A stretch of DNA of 64,000 nt from Thermoplasmatota archaeon (GCA_041601615.1 JBFIHX010000003.1:128001-192000); one strand, 5' to 3'; shown: positions 1 through 10,569, numbered from the stretch's first letter. Notes: generated by a model not told the origin, from the letters alone. Translations and numbers: made by a program.

Positions 1-40
1 GACGGCTACTTCTATATGCAGAATTATGATAAGCAGACTT

Positions 41-1417
41 ATGGTATTTGTCAATCGGGAACGAGAACTGGTGGAACTCTCCGCCCTCGTGTCCTCTGGC
101 GAGTCCCACTTGGCGCTTCTCTATGGTCGCCGCCGCCTTGGAAAGACTGCCCTCTTGCGCCGTCTGCGAGACGAGCACGGCGGCCTCTATTTCCAGGTGC
201 CCGATCAAGCAGAATCTGGAATCTTGCACCATCTCAATGCACGGCTCAAGGAGCAGACTGGTCGCCCTATCCAGTACGCGAGCATCCAGGATTTCCTATT
301 CGACCTGGGCTCGCACGGCGAACGGTTTGTGGTGTTGGATGAAGCGCAACGGCTCTTTGAAGCGGTGCCTGGCTCCGACAGCTTGCTGCAAGAAGCGTGG
401 GATGTGCGGCTGAAGGAGCAGGGCATTGTTGTCGCTTTGTGTGGCAGTGTCATCGGGACTCTTGAAGCGCTCCTGGACTCCAAGAGCCCCCTGTATGGTC
501 GTATCACCTACTACCATCACCTAGCCCCTTTCAGCTACGCGGCGGTTCGTCAGTTCTACCCAGACCTGAGCGAGACGCAACGATTGGAGCGGTACGCGGT
601 CCTTGGCGCAACGCCACACTACCACGACATCAATCTGGGCAATATGCAACTCAGGGATGCTGTCCGCCGCAGTTTTTTGGACAATGGCGCTCCGCTTCGA
701 GAGGAGCCTCGGACTCTGTTTGCCATCGAGTTCCAGAAACCCGACCGGTACCAGGAAATCTTGGAAGCCATGGGACGGGGGGCGCAAACACTTGGCGAGG
801 TGGCACAATACTATGGTCGCCAAGGGAGCGACTACACGCCCTACTTTCAGGCGTTGCGCGACCGTCTTCGCGTGGTGGCCGACACAGATCCCGTCGGGGG
901 CAAGAAGCGCCGCAAGCGCATCGGCTTCACGGACCCGTTTTTCCAATTCTACTACGCCCACATCTACCCGAACATGGACCGAATCGAGTTGGGCGATGAA
1001 GAGGGCGTTCTTGCGGAGGTTCTGGAGGGGTTGCCGAGTCTTGTGGGTCGTGTCTGGGAGCGGGTGTGCCGAGAGTGGATGATCAAGATGCAGGGCAGGG
1101 AGCACGAGGGGGTTTTGATCCGGTTTCGGGAGCTGGGCGCATGGTGGGACGGAGCAGACGAACTCGACGTTGTAGCACGAGGCGATGGCATCGTGTACTG
1201 TGGAGAGTGCAAGTATCGCCGCAAACCCGTGACGAAGGCGGAACTGCAGCTCCTGAAAGCGCGTGGGGCGCAGGTCCAGGCTTCCACAGGGGCAAAATCG
1301 TTGCATTTGTTCTTGTGGACAAAGGGCGATTTGGAACCGGCGGCAAAAGCATTCGCGGACGTAGAGGGAATCCATGTGCTCAACGTAGCGCAAATCGTCA
1401 AAGCCATCTCAACGTAG
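41..1417 (+). CDS. Archaeal ATPase (COG1672-like) with C-terminal DUF234/PD-(D/E)XK-type domain
   Basis: N-terminal FVNRERE, Walker A YGRRRLGKT, Walker B VVLDEAQ, DPFFQFYY, C-terminal WW..ELDVV..CGECKY. ATG 41 preferred over 26. Confidence 0.88.
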   Translation: MVFVNRERELVELSALVSSGESHLALLYGRRRLGKTALLRRLRDEHGGLYFQVPDQAESGILHHLNARLKEQTGRPIQYASIQDFLFDLGSHGERFVVLDEAQRLFEAVPGSDSLLQEAWDVRLKEQGIVVALCGSVIGTLEALLDSKSPLYGRITYYHHLAPFSYAAVRQFYPDLSETQRLERYAVLGATPHYHDINLGNMQLRDAVRRSFLDNGAPLREEPRTLFAIEFQKPDRYQEILEAMGRGAQTLGEVAQYYGRQGSDYTPYFQALRDRLRVVADTDPVGGKKRRKRIGFTDPFFQFYYAHIYPNMDRIELGDEEGVLAEVLEGLPSLVGRVWERVCREWMIKMQGREHEGVLIRFRELGAWWDGADELDVVARGDGIVYCGECKYRRKPVTKAELQLLKARGAQVQASTGAKSLHLFLWTKGDLEPAAKAFADVEGIHVLNVAQIVKAIST

Positions 1418-1558
1418 GGGCTAGAACCAGTACGGGCGCGCCGTGATTCGCCCTCGTTCATGCCATGGCGGGCAAAGAATCGGTCCGGGCCACGGAATGC
1501 TTTCGTCGGCCCCGGAGAGTACGAGGGGAGAGAGGAAGGAAGAGGAAGGCGACGCGCC

Positions 1559-2893
1559 CTAGAAATCGTCCACAGTAACTTCGAATGTCAGCCACTCGCC
1601 GTTGAACTGGTCGTATCCGCTGCCCTCGGGGTTGTCGTAGCCGTAGGCGAGCGCCGGGGGCACGATCAGGCTCGCGGTCTCCCCAAAGCCAAGTCCCAGG
1701 AGGCCAAGGTCGACGCCGGTGACGAGCCCGCCGCTGCCGACGTTGATGCCGGGGATGGTGCCTTCCCAGAACCCCTTCCCGTCGTCGGTGAAGTCGCCGT
1801 CGAAGGTGACGGTGGCGGAGGCGCCTCGTTGGACCGTGGGCGCAAGTTCGGGGGCGATCCTGAGAACCGCATTCACGGTGACGCTGCCGACGGTGATGGC
1901 AAGTTCGTGGTCGCCGCTGGCGTCCTCGGGGATGGTCAGGTGCATGACGGTCCAGCCCCAGTCTGGGTACTCGCGGCCTTCCTTGCTGCCCATGGGGCTG
2001 AGGGTGAGCGAGTCCTGCTCGAACGTCAAGGTCCAGCCTTCGGGCGGTGCTGCGCCGTCGATGGTTGCCGTGAGATCCACGATTGCGGTGTTGTCTCGGC
2101 TGTTGTGGGCCCAGAGGAGCATGCGCTCGTCGGTGCTGCACACGTTCCAAACGTGCGGGGTGATGAGGCCGGCTTGTAGGTTGCCCTCGAGGACGATGTC
2201 GCTGGAGGTGTGCTCGGCGGGGGCACTGGGGCAGGCGACGCGGGGCGCCGGTGCCTCATCTGGACTTGTCTGGGTTGGAATGGCAGGGCCCGAGGAGCGC
2301 CGAATGCTCTTGATGACTACGTCGTCTACGGGGCACGATGGCTTGGACTCCGATTGGCAGTGTTGATCAGCGCGTCCTTGGTACATTTCCACGGGAACGC
2401 CCGCGATGGCGTCCACCACTTCCTTGCCATCGATAACGTGGCCGAAAACGGCGTAGCCTGCGCTGCTGCCTTGGGGGTCAAGGAAGGTGTTGTCGGCGTG
2501 GTTGATGAAGAATTGAGTCGTAGCGCTGTCCGGGGCGTTGGTGCGTGCCATAGCGATGGTGTACTTGGAATTCAGGAGCCCGGAGGATTTGGCCTCGTTT
2601 TGCACCGGCGGGTATGCGGGATCCTTGAATTTTCCGTCCGTGCCCATGCCGCCGCCTTGGATCATGAAGCCGTCGAGGATGCGGTGGAACAGCGTCTGAT
2701 CATAGAAGCCGTCGTCCACGTACTTGAGGAAATTCTCCACAGTCTTCGGAGCTGCATCCACCTCCAATTGCAGGACAATGTCTCCTAGGTCGGTCTCAAT
2801 GATCACTTGATTGGAGCTGGTTTCGTCGTCGCCGCTCGTACAACCCGAAAGGGCAGGAAGCAGGAGGAGGGCAGTCCACAGCAGTACGCGCAT
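1559..2893 (-). CDS. Lipoprotein peptidyl-prolyl isomerase: cyclophilin + Ig-like spacer + C-terminal FKBP-type domain
   Basis: Lipobox LSGC; cyclophilin motifs APKTVENF, FHRILDGFMIQGGG, IAMART, SATTQFFIN, YAVFG; FKBP-like GLVTGVDLGLLGL..GET..LIVPPALAYG..LTFEV. Confidence 0.85.
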   Translation of the reverse strand: MRVLLWTALLLLPALSGCTSGDDETSSNQVIIETDLGDIVLQLEVDAAPKTVENFLKYVDDGFYDQTLFHRILDGFMIQGGGMGTDGKFKDPAYPPVQNEAKSSGLLNSKYTIAMARTNAPDSATTQFFINHADNTFLDPQGSSAGYAVFGHVIDGKEVVDAIAGVPVEMYQGRADQHCQSESKPSCPVDDVVIKSIRRSSGPAIPTQTSPDEAPAPRVACPSAPAEHTSSDIVLEGNLQAGLITPHVWNVCSTDERMLLWAHNSRDNTAIVDLTATIDGAAPPEGWTLTFEQDSLTLSPMGSKEGREYPDWGWTVMHLTIPEDASGDHELAITVGSVTVNAVLRIAPELAPTVQRGASATVTFDGDFTDDGKGFWEGTIPGINVGSGGLVTGVDLGLLGLGFGETASLIVPPALAYGYDNPEGSGYDQFNGEWLTFEVTVDDF

Positions 2894-2987
2894 GAGCGGA
2901 TGACTCTGGGGTGCCTCCAAAACGGTTGGGGTTGCTGCGACTCTCGGTGGGTGCCTTTTTGACACAGCAGCCCGTCGGCTAGAATCC

Positions 2988-3989
2988 GTGAGTGAGGGCC
3001 ATCGAGAGGTTCCGGTCGCTGTGGTGGGCAGCGGCGGCTTTGGAACGTGCCTTTCTACACTCCTTGCCAAGAACGGCATCGAGGTGCGCCAGTGGTGCCG
3101 GCGCCCCGAATATGCGCAAACGCTTGCCAATCGACGTGAGAACGTCAAGTACCTTCCAGGCGTGAAATTGCCGACCAATGTCTGGATTACGAGCAGTCTC
3201 CAGGATGCAGTTGAGGGCGCGGGCGTCGTCGTGGTGGCGGTTCCGAGCCAAGCTGTCCGCGAGACGGCGCAGTTGTTCAAGCCCTACTTGGCGCCGGGCG
3301 CGGTGCTTCTGAATGTGGCCAAGGGCATTGAGCACGATTCGTTCCTGCGCATGAGCCAGGTTCTTGCAGACGTGGTGGGCGACGGGCATCCGGTGGCGAG
3401 CCTTTCGGGCCCCAACCACGCGGAGGAAATTGCACGCGGCATGCCAGGCGCCACCGTGATTGCCAGCCTTACCCCGTCGTGCCTGCCGCTGCTTTGTGAC
3501 ATTTTCACCACGGACACCTTCAAGGCGTTCCCGCGCAAGGATTTGGCCGGCGTGGAGCTTGGTGGGGTTCTCAAGAACATCACGGCCATTGCGGCAGGAG
3601 TCACGAAGGGCATTGGCTTCGGTGACAATTCGGCTGCGGCGGTCATTACGCTGGGTTTGGATGAGATGGTGCGCTTCGGCACCGCCCACGGAGCCAAGGC
3701 GCGCACCTTCACTGGCTTGTCTGGCCTCGGCGACCTCATCGCGACTGCCACGAGCGAGCACAGCCGCAATCGTCGTATCGGTGAATTGCTGGGGCGCGGC
3801 CTGACGTACACCGAGGCGTTGTCGACCATGGGCGGCAAGGTGGCAGAAGGCATCCATGCGGCTCGGTTCGTGCATGAGCAAGCGGTCGCCGAGGGTATCG
3901 ACTTGCCGTTGACGTCGGAGATTTACAGGATTTTGTACGAGGGAAAGGACGTGCGGGTTGCCGTGCGGGACTTGTTGGCGTTGTTGTAG
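2988..3989 (+). CDS. gpsA: NAD(P)H-dependent glycerol-3-phosphate dehydrogenase
   Basis: GSGGFGT Rossmann motif, AVPSQ, KGIE, LSGPNHAEE, GVELGGVLKN, GLGDLIAT..S.HSRN, AEG. Confidence 0.95.
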   Translation: MSEGHREVPVAVVGSGGFGTCLSTLLAKNGIEVRQWCRRPEYAQTLANRRENVKYLPGVKLPTNVWITSSLQDAVEGAGVVVVAVPSQAVRETAQLFKPYLAPGAVLLNVAKGIEHDSFLRMSQVLADVVGDGHPVASLSGPNHAEEIARGMPGATVIASLTPSCLPLLCDIFTTDTFKAFPRKDLAGVELGGVLKNITAIAAGVTKGIGFGDNSAAAVITLGLDEMVRFGTAHGAKARTFTGLSGLGDLIATATSEHSRNRRIGELLGRGLTYTEALSTMGGKVAEGIHAARFVHEQAVAEGIDLPLTSEIYRILYEGKDVRVAVRDLLALL

Positions 3990-4101
3990 CCTAAGGCCCC
4001 CTCTGCCGGCTGACCATTGCTCCCCGTTGATGCGTTTGGACGCTTTTTCCCACCGATCGCCAAGAAAAACGCTAATCCGGGGTAGGACTGACAGGGCTGT
4101 G

Positions 4102-5811
4102 ATGCGCGCCACCTGGGCCGTCCTGCTGCTTGCCCTGCCTGCCCTGTCTGGGTGCTTGAGTTTTCTCGAAAACGACGACCCCGACGCCGGCCGGGACGCG
4201 GTTCCTCCGCGTGACGTGGCAAATCCCTCCGACTACACCGTCACCAGCGTGAAGGTGCACGGCAAAGCAATGGACGACGCAATCAGCATCCCCGGATTTG
4301 GCGGCACGCCCCTGTCGGCGGTGGTGTATGAGCCCTTGTCGCCGGATGCGCTCCCCGACGGGTCGGCGCCGGCGTTTCCGGTCCTGATTTTCATGCACGG
4401 TTGGGGCAACAGCAAGGAATTCTGGGAGAATGTGCGCTTCGAGACGGCAGCACCTCCTGTGAACCTCTTGGAGAAATTCGCAGCGGAAGGCTTCGTCACC
4501 GTGGCCTACGACGCTCGTGGCTTTGGTCGCAGCGGCGGCGAGGCTACTGTGGCGGGCCCGGCGGAAATGGAGGACCTGGATCTGGTTCGCCAGTACGTTC
4601 AGGACCGATTCCACACGACGAGCTACGTCGGGGTTACTGGCATGAGCTACGGCGGCGGCCAGTCTCTGAATGCGTGGGCGACCAATCCGTTCATCACGAC
4701 TGCGGCGGTTCACGACGGCTGGACGGACCTGTATGATGCGCTCCTGCCGGGCAACGTTCCCAAGGCTGAGTGGGCCGTGACGTTGGCTGCCGTGGGCACC
4801 GTTGGCGGCGTAGTTCCGGACCCCGCCGGCGGCAGCACGGGCAACATCGACACCATGGTGTACAAGTGGTTCGAGGACGCAGCGATTCGCCAAAACCTGG
4901 CGGAAATGGAGGTGCAGATGGACGCACGCAGCAGCGCCGGTCGCCTCGGCAACGTCCAGAAGCCCATGTTCTTGTGCCAAGGCCTGCAAGAAACCCTGTT
5001 TCCGCAATTCCACGACGCGCTTCTCGATGCCAGCGGCTTCACCCGAGCTTATGTGCACACGGGCGGCCACGGCACCTACGACGAAACGTGCTGGGACCGA
5101 ACGCTCGACTGGTTCCGCTTCTTCTTGCTGGGTGTGGACGTGGGTGTCGACAAGTGGCCCTTTTTGGAGACAGTTGACGCCGATTCCAACAACCCCGTCC
5201 TGAGCTTTGCTCGCGCCGAACTGGAGGACGCACGCGACAACGCCATGGTGTACCACTTGCGCGAGCCGGACCTCGTGCAATTCGACAACATGGCGACCTT
5301 TGTGGTCAACCAGCGCTTCGTGAGCAACCCGCTGCAAGAACCAACGGTGCTGTGGGATCAAGCGAAACTGAGCTACAACGCCATGCCGCACCAGCTTCGC
5401 TTCGAAGGAGACGACCCTTCCTCCGTGTACTTCACGACCAAGGCATTCGAACGCAGCACCGTGGTGCTCGGATCCCCGCAATTGACCCTCGACTTGGGCG
5501 CCGACAGCAACGCCACGAACTTCCAAGTGGTTGCGAGCCTGTACCATGTCCTCGACAACGAAGGCAGCGAAACCAGCCGACTCCTAGCCCGTGGCGCCTA
5601 CGCCTTCGTCGACGGAGTCACGGCCGCCCACGACGGCACCGTCTCGGTTCCCATGGACTGGACGAAGGCAACCCTGCAAAGCGGCGACCGGCTCCTGTTT
5701 AAAATCTCGGCCAACGACGCCAGCGCCTACCTGCCCTACCAAGGCGCAGCAGCGCCATATTCGGTGACGTTCACGGGACACTCGACGTTTGAGGTTCCGG
5801 TCTTCGCCTAG
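4102..5811 (+). CDS. CocE/NonD (S15-like) alpha/beta hydrolase lipoprotein
   Basis: Lipobox LSGC; HGWG, YDARGFGRSGG, nucleophile GMSYGG, GGH; C-terminal PepX-like beta domain. Confidence 0.82.
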   Translation: MRATWAVLLLALPALSGCLSFLENDDPDAGRDAVPPRDVANPSDYTVTSVKVHGKAMDDAISIPGFGGTPLSAVVYEPLSPDALPDGSAPAFPVLIFMHGWGNSKEFWENVRFETAAPPVNLLEKFAAEGFVTVAYDARGFGRSGGEATVAGPAEMEDLDLVRQYVQDRFHTTSYVGVTGMSYGGGQSLNAWATNPFITTAAVHDGWTDLYDALLPGNVPKAEWAVTLAAVGTVGGVVPDPAGGSTGNIDTMVYKWFEDAAIRQNLAEMEVQMDARSSAGRLGNVQKPMFLCQGLQETLFPQFHDALLDASGFTRAYVHTGGHGTYDETCWDRTLDWFRFFLLGVDVGVDKWPFLETVDADSNNPVLSFARAELEDARDNAMVYHLREPDLVQFDNMATFVVNQRFVSNPLQEPTVLWDQAKLSYNAMPHQLRFEGDDPSSVYFTTKAFERSTVVLGSPQLTLDLGADSNATNFQVVASLYHVLDNEGSETSRLLARGAYAFVDGVTAAHDGTVSVPMDWTKATLQSGDRLLFKISANDASAYLPYQGAAAPYSVTFTGHSTFEVPVFA

Positions 5812-5930
5812 TCAGCTAGTCAGCCTAATCGGAATGAACGCCGCGAGGTGGCCATGCGCGGTGCATGGGTGGCGCTTTCGCTGGAACGCGTTGCTACGCG
5901 ACGCGGTGTTGGCGCAGATTGATTGGTGCC

Positions 5931-7121
<1,191 letters not shown>

Positions 7122-7333
7122 GCAGCCCCCGGGAGCCGTACGCCATCAAAAGGGGTTCTCAAAGTGGCCACTGCGGCCGGAGCCCCCGCCGAGCCTATTT
7201 GGGGCCGACTTGAGGGCGTCCAATGGGCCGATTTTGGATCAGGGGCAGAGGAGAGTGTTGGCCCTGCGGACAAGGTCCCTTCGGCCTCGAAGTCGCCCGT
7301 TTAAGCAGCGGGTCGGGTTCGTGCGTTTTGAAC

Positions 7334-7852
7334 ATGTACGGCTACACGCCTCCAGCCGTCCTCGCCGTGGACCCGGCCTTCCTGTCCGATTGCGGCGGTT
7401 TCCAGCGCATCGCCTGGGCCCTGCATGAGCAATTGTTGCGTCGGCCCGTATGGGTCGTGGTGTGCGGCTCCGTGGACTTGGAGGAAGAGTCACCCGAAGA
7501 GCAGGCAGCGCTCCTCGAATCGTACTTCATGGACCCCGCTGCCGTCCCCGCCCGCATGCCGGAGAGCACAGACGAGAGTGTTGCCCTGGCGCTGCAAAGC
7601 CACCTTCGGGACCATGGCATTGAGCTGCCCATCTTGCTTTCGCCCGTTCGCGCCCAGCCCCATGCTGTGCGCAGTGCCATCGTTCCCGGCCCATGGGGAG
7701 TCGCTGCGGGCATCGCTCGCACCCTAGGAGCATCCCGTGTTACGGCTTGGACACAAGATACGCGGTGGGTGCCGCGCAGCGTTGAGGGCATGCCGTTCGA
7801 TTCGTCCACGCCCGGCGGTCCTCGCCTCGACGGATTGCCCATCGGTGGGTAA
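7334..7852 (+). CDS. Hypothetical protein, possibly a degenerate amino-acid-kinase fold
   Basis: Divergent from metK; VWVVVCGS and VAAGIARTLGASRVTAWTQD echo AAK-family segments. Confidence 0.5.
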   Translation: MYGYTPPAVLAVDPAFLSDCGGFQRIAWALHEQLLRRPVWVVVCGSVDLEEESPEEQAALLESYFMDPAAVPARMPESTDESVALALQSHLRDHGIELPILLSPVRAQPHAVRSAIVPGPWGVAAGIARTLGASRVTAWTQDTRWVPRSVEGMPFDSSTPGGPRLDGLPIGG

Positions 7853-7898
7853 CGAAGCGACGCAGACACATTTTGAGTCAGGCCCGTATGCGGCGCTC

Positions 7899-8789
7899 GT
7901 GGTGCAAGCAGGCGACAGCAAGAAATGGATAGCGACCCTCCTGATGATGGTGGTCGTAGCGCCTCTGGTGGAGGCGGGCCCATTGGATTCTCAACTCGTG
8001 GAACCGGCCACCGTGGTCGCCCCGATTCATGAGCCAACGCTCGCGCAGCCATGGGATGCCAAGGTGTTGGAGTTTGACTTCCTCGCCCCCAACAAGGCCA
8101 ACCTGGTCCAAAACCTCGTCAGCGTGGCTCCTCCGAGCACCCCCCGCGTCATTCCAGACCCGCGGATCATCGAATCCCTCACCAACCCGGTCCGAGAAAT
8201 TCTCTCCATGCAACCGGGCGATGTACTGGAGGCAATTCCCTTCCAGCCGCCACGCAACCTCGAAATGGAAGTTCTCAGCCAATTCTCCATCTCCTTGACC
8301 TGGGAGGAACCCGGATCGGACGGCGCCACCGCATACCGCGTCTACCGCGCCGACTTGCCCAACAAAAATGGCTTGCCCCTCCTTGCCGCCAATCCTCGCG
8401 ACACGGCTTACCGCCCCGAGCCGATTGCAGAAGTTCCCGTCGGGACCACCAGCTACCAGGACGACAGCGTCACACTGGCCGACGAACACTATGCCTACTT
8501 CGTCACCGCCGTGTACGACAACCCGCTGCTCTTGCTGGCAGGATCGGCGCTCGCCCCAGAATCCAATGTGCCGGGAAGCTCCTCTATGGGACTGAGCCCG
8601 AGCATGAACGACGAAGTCGAATCCCTGCCCAGCAATGTCCAATCCACCGTCAACGGCACCGGACCCTGCCCCCCCGTGAACATTTCCTTTGACCCGCTCC
8701 TGGTGTTTGTCCAAGAAGACTGCATTCCGCCTCCGCCTTCCCTCATGGTCTCCGTGCCCAACGGGACCCACGTTCAGGTGAGCATGTGA
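7899..8789 (+). CDS. Secreted fibronectin type III domain protein with C-terminal Cys-loop (module copy 1, gene A)
   Basis: Signal peptide KKWIATLLMMVVVAPLVEA; Fn3 motifs PPRNL..ISLTW..YRVYR..SYQD..YAYFVTAV..ESLPSN; tail CPPVNISFDPLLVFVQEDCI; GTG start approximate. Confidence 0.72.
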   Translation: MVQAGDSKKWIATLLMMVVVAPLVEAGPLDSQLVEPATVVAPIHEPTLAQPWDAKVLEFDFLAPNKANLVQNLVSVAPPSTPRVIPDPRIIESLTNPVREILSMQPGDVLEAIPFQPPRNLEMEVLSQFSISLTWEEPGSDGATAYRVYRADLPNKNGLPLLAANPRDTAYRPEPIAEVPVGTTSYQDDSVTLADEHYAYFVTAVYDNPLLLLAGSALAPESNVPGSSSMGLSPSMNDEVESLPSNVQSTVNGTGPCPPVNISFDPLLVFVQEDCIPPPPSLMVSVPNGTHVQVSM

Positions 8790-10096
8790 AGGTCCTCGCG
8801 CTGCTACTGGTCCTTCTGCTGGCAGCGCCCGTGGCGGTGGCCAACACAAGCGAAGCCCCCCGCGTTGATGTCATCAGCACAGACGAGCCGTTCCGCCTCG
8901 AAGGAACACTGGGTGCCGTGCGCCAATCTCAGTCTGCCTTGACCGAGGCCCCCACCTCCATGCACCTTCTCCTACACGCCGAATCCCTGACGGTCCAGAA
9001 CCGCACCCGCGGCGGTTTCAACGAACTCGTCAGCGTCTCCGGCGACGAAGAAATGGAGACTACCCGATTCCAGGACGCAACCGTCATCGAACACGCGGCT
9101 CGCCAAGGACGGGACGTGTCGATCCACCCCATCGATGCAACGGTCATCCTCGAAGACGAAACAGGAACCTTCTCGCCCAACAGCAAGTCGCACGTGATGG
9201 CCTCCAACAACGTTGTCTTCGACGGCAAACCACTCATCACACCTGTCCACAACAGCACCGAAATCCAAACCACCACTCCCGTCGTCACCGTGCGCGGCGA
9301 CTTCATCGTCAGCCTCTGGGAAATCAGCGTTTGGATCCAAGGCAACCACCGTGGCTGGGACTACTTCTCCGGCGAAACCGACGCCCCCGGAGTCACCAAC
9401 TACACCATCGAAGACGGCATTACGGCGCCCGGCCCAAGCCTCTCCAACTCCACCGAAGTGTACCTCATCGTCCACAACGGCACCCTCCGAATGCAACGGG
9501 CCAACGGCGTTTTTTCTCTGTTTGTCTATGATCCCATTCTCAGCCTCTCCAGCGCAGAACTCTTCGGCGTCTCCGGCAAGCTCCCGGCACAACTGGGCGG
9601 CACCCAAGTGCGCGGCGGCGACCTTCGCCTCGCAGGCGACCTCACCCTGCAGCTCGGTGCCAGCGCCGGCCAACTCTCCTGGGATTTGGAAGGCCAAATC
9701 ACCAATGCAACCCTCAACGGGCAACCACTGGCCGTCGTAGCCCCGCTCCCCGGCGGACGCGCCGTTCGCTCGTGGCTCCCCTGGGCCACCACCGCACTCC
9801 TTCTCGGCATCGCCGCCGCCGGCTTCGTGCCCCTCCACCGTCACAATGCCCGCCGCCGCCTCGAAGACGCAGAACTCCTGTTTGCCGCAGGCCACTTCGA
9901 AGCAGCCGCCGCCGCATCACGGCCACGCATCCTGAGCGGCGTGGGCGCATCCGCCACCGCCATGCGGGTCCAAGCGCTCCTCCACGCTGGCCACATCGAA
10001 GAAGCGCGCCACCTCGCCGCTCGCGCCCGCATCACCGAACCCGGACTGCGAGATCTGGTGCAGCTCTACGTAGGTGACTGGGAGGGCACCGCATGA
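8786..10096 (+). CDS. Single-pass membrane protein: extracellular beta domain + TM + TPR-like tail (module copy 1, gene B)
   Basis: Signal peptide, TM WLPWATTALLLGIAAAGFV, TPR-like AELLFAAGHFEAA / VQALLHAGHIEEA; 4-nt overlaps with both neighbours; paralog of 30350 and 53237. Confidence 0.78.
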   Translation: MKVLALLLVLLLAAPVAVANTSEAPRVDVISTDEPFRLEGTLGAVRQSQSALTEAPTSMHLLLHAESLTVQNRTRGGFNELVSVSGDEEMETTRFQDATVIEHAARQGRDVSIHPIDATVILEDETGTFSPNSKSHVMASNNVVFDGKPLITPVHNSTEIQTTTPVVTVRGDFIVSLWEISVWIQGNHRGWDYFSGETDAPGVTNYTIEDGITAPGPSLSNSTEVYLIVHNGTLRMQRANGVFSLFVYDPILSLSSAELFGVSGKLPAQLGGTQVRGGDLRLAGDLTLQLGASAGQLSWDLEGQITNATLNGQPLAVVAPLPGGRAVRSWLPWATTALLLGIAAAGFVPLHRHNARRRLEDAELLFAAGHFEAAAAASRPRILSGVGASATAMRVQALLHAGHIEEARHLAARARITEPGLRDLVQLYVGDWEGTA

Positions 10097-10569
10097 CCCA
10101 AGACGCTCGTGCCCGACTCATGTCCTTCCTGGAAGAGCGCCCCGGCAGCTGCCTGCAAGACATCGCCAATTATCTCGGCATCGCCCGCACCAGCGCCATC
10201 CACCACGTCCGCGTCTTGCGCAACGACCGCCAAATCGTCACCCAACGCAAAGGCCGCCGCGTCCTACACTTTCCCACCGCCGTCGACGACCGCGTCCACC
10301 GCACCATCCTCGCCACCTGGCGCCTCGACACCGCACGATCCATCCTCCAAGAACTGGAAAAGGACCCCCGCAGCTCCTGGCGCGCCATTGCCCGCAACCT
10401 CCAGATCACCCCCCGCGCCGTGCGCTGGCACCTACAACGATTGGAAGACGACGGCCTCCTCAGCATCCGCCGCACTCCCGATGGGCTGCGCCACGAAGCC
10501 ATCATTCACCCAGGCGTCCGAACACTACGCCTCAACGAGGACCTTGGAAACTGGCCGCCGGGGCGTTGA
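10093..10569 (+). CDS. Tandem winged helix-turn-helix regulator, COG3398-like (module copy 1, gene C)
   Basis: Two wHTH units: R.RLMSFLEERPG..IHHVRVL and ILQELEKDP..VRWHLQRLEDDGLL. Confidence 0.85.
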   Translation: MTQDARARLMSFLEERPGSCLQDIANYLGIARTSAIHHVRVLRNDRQIVTQRKGRRVLHFPTAVDDRVHRTILATWRLDTARSILQELEKDPRSSWRAIARNLQITPRAVRWHLQRLEDDGLLSIRRTPDGLRHEAIIHPGVRTLRLNEDLGNWPPGR

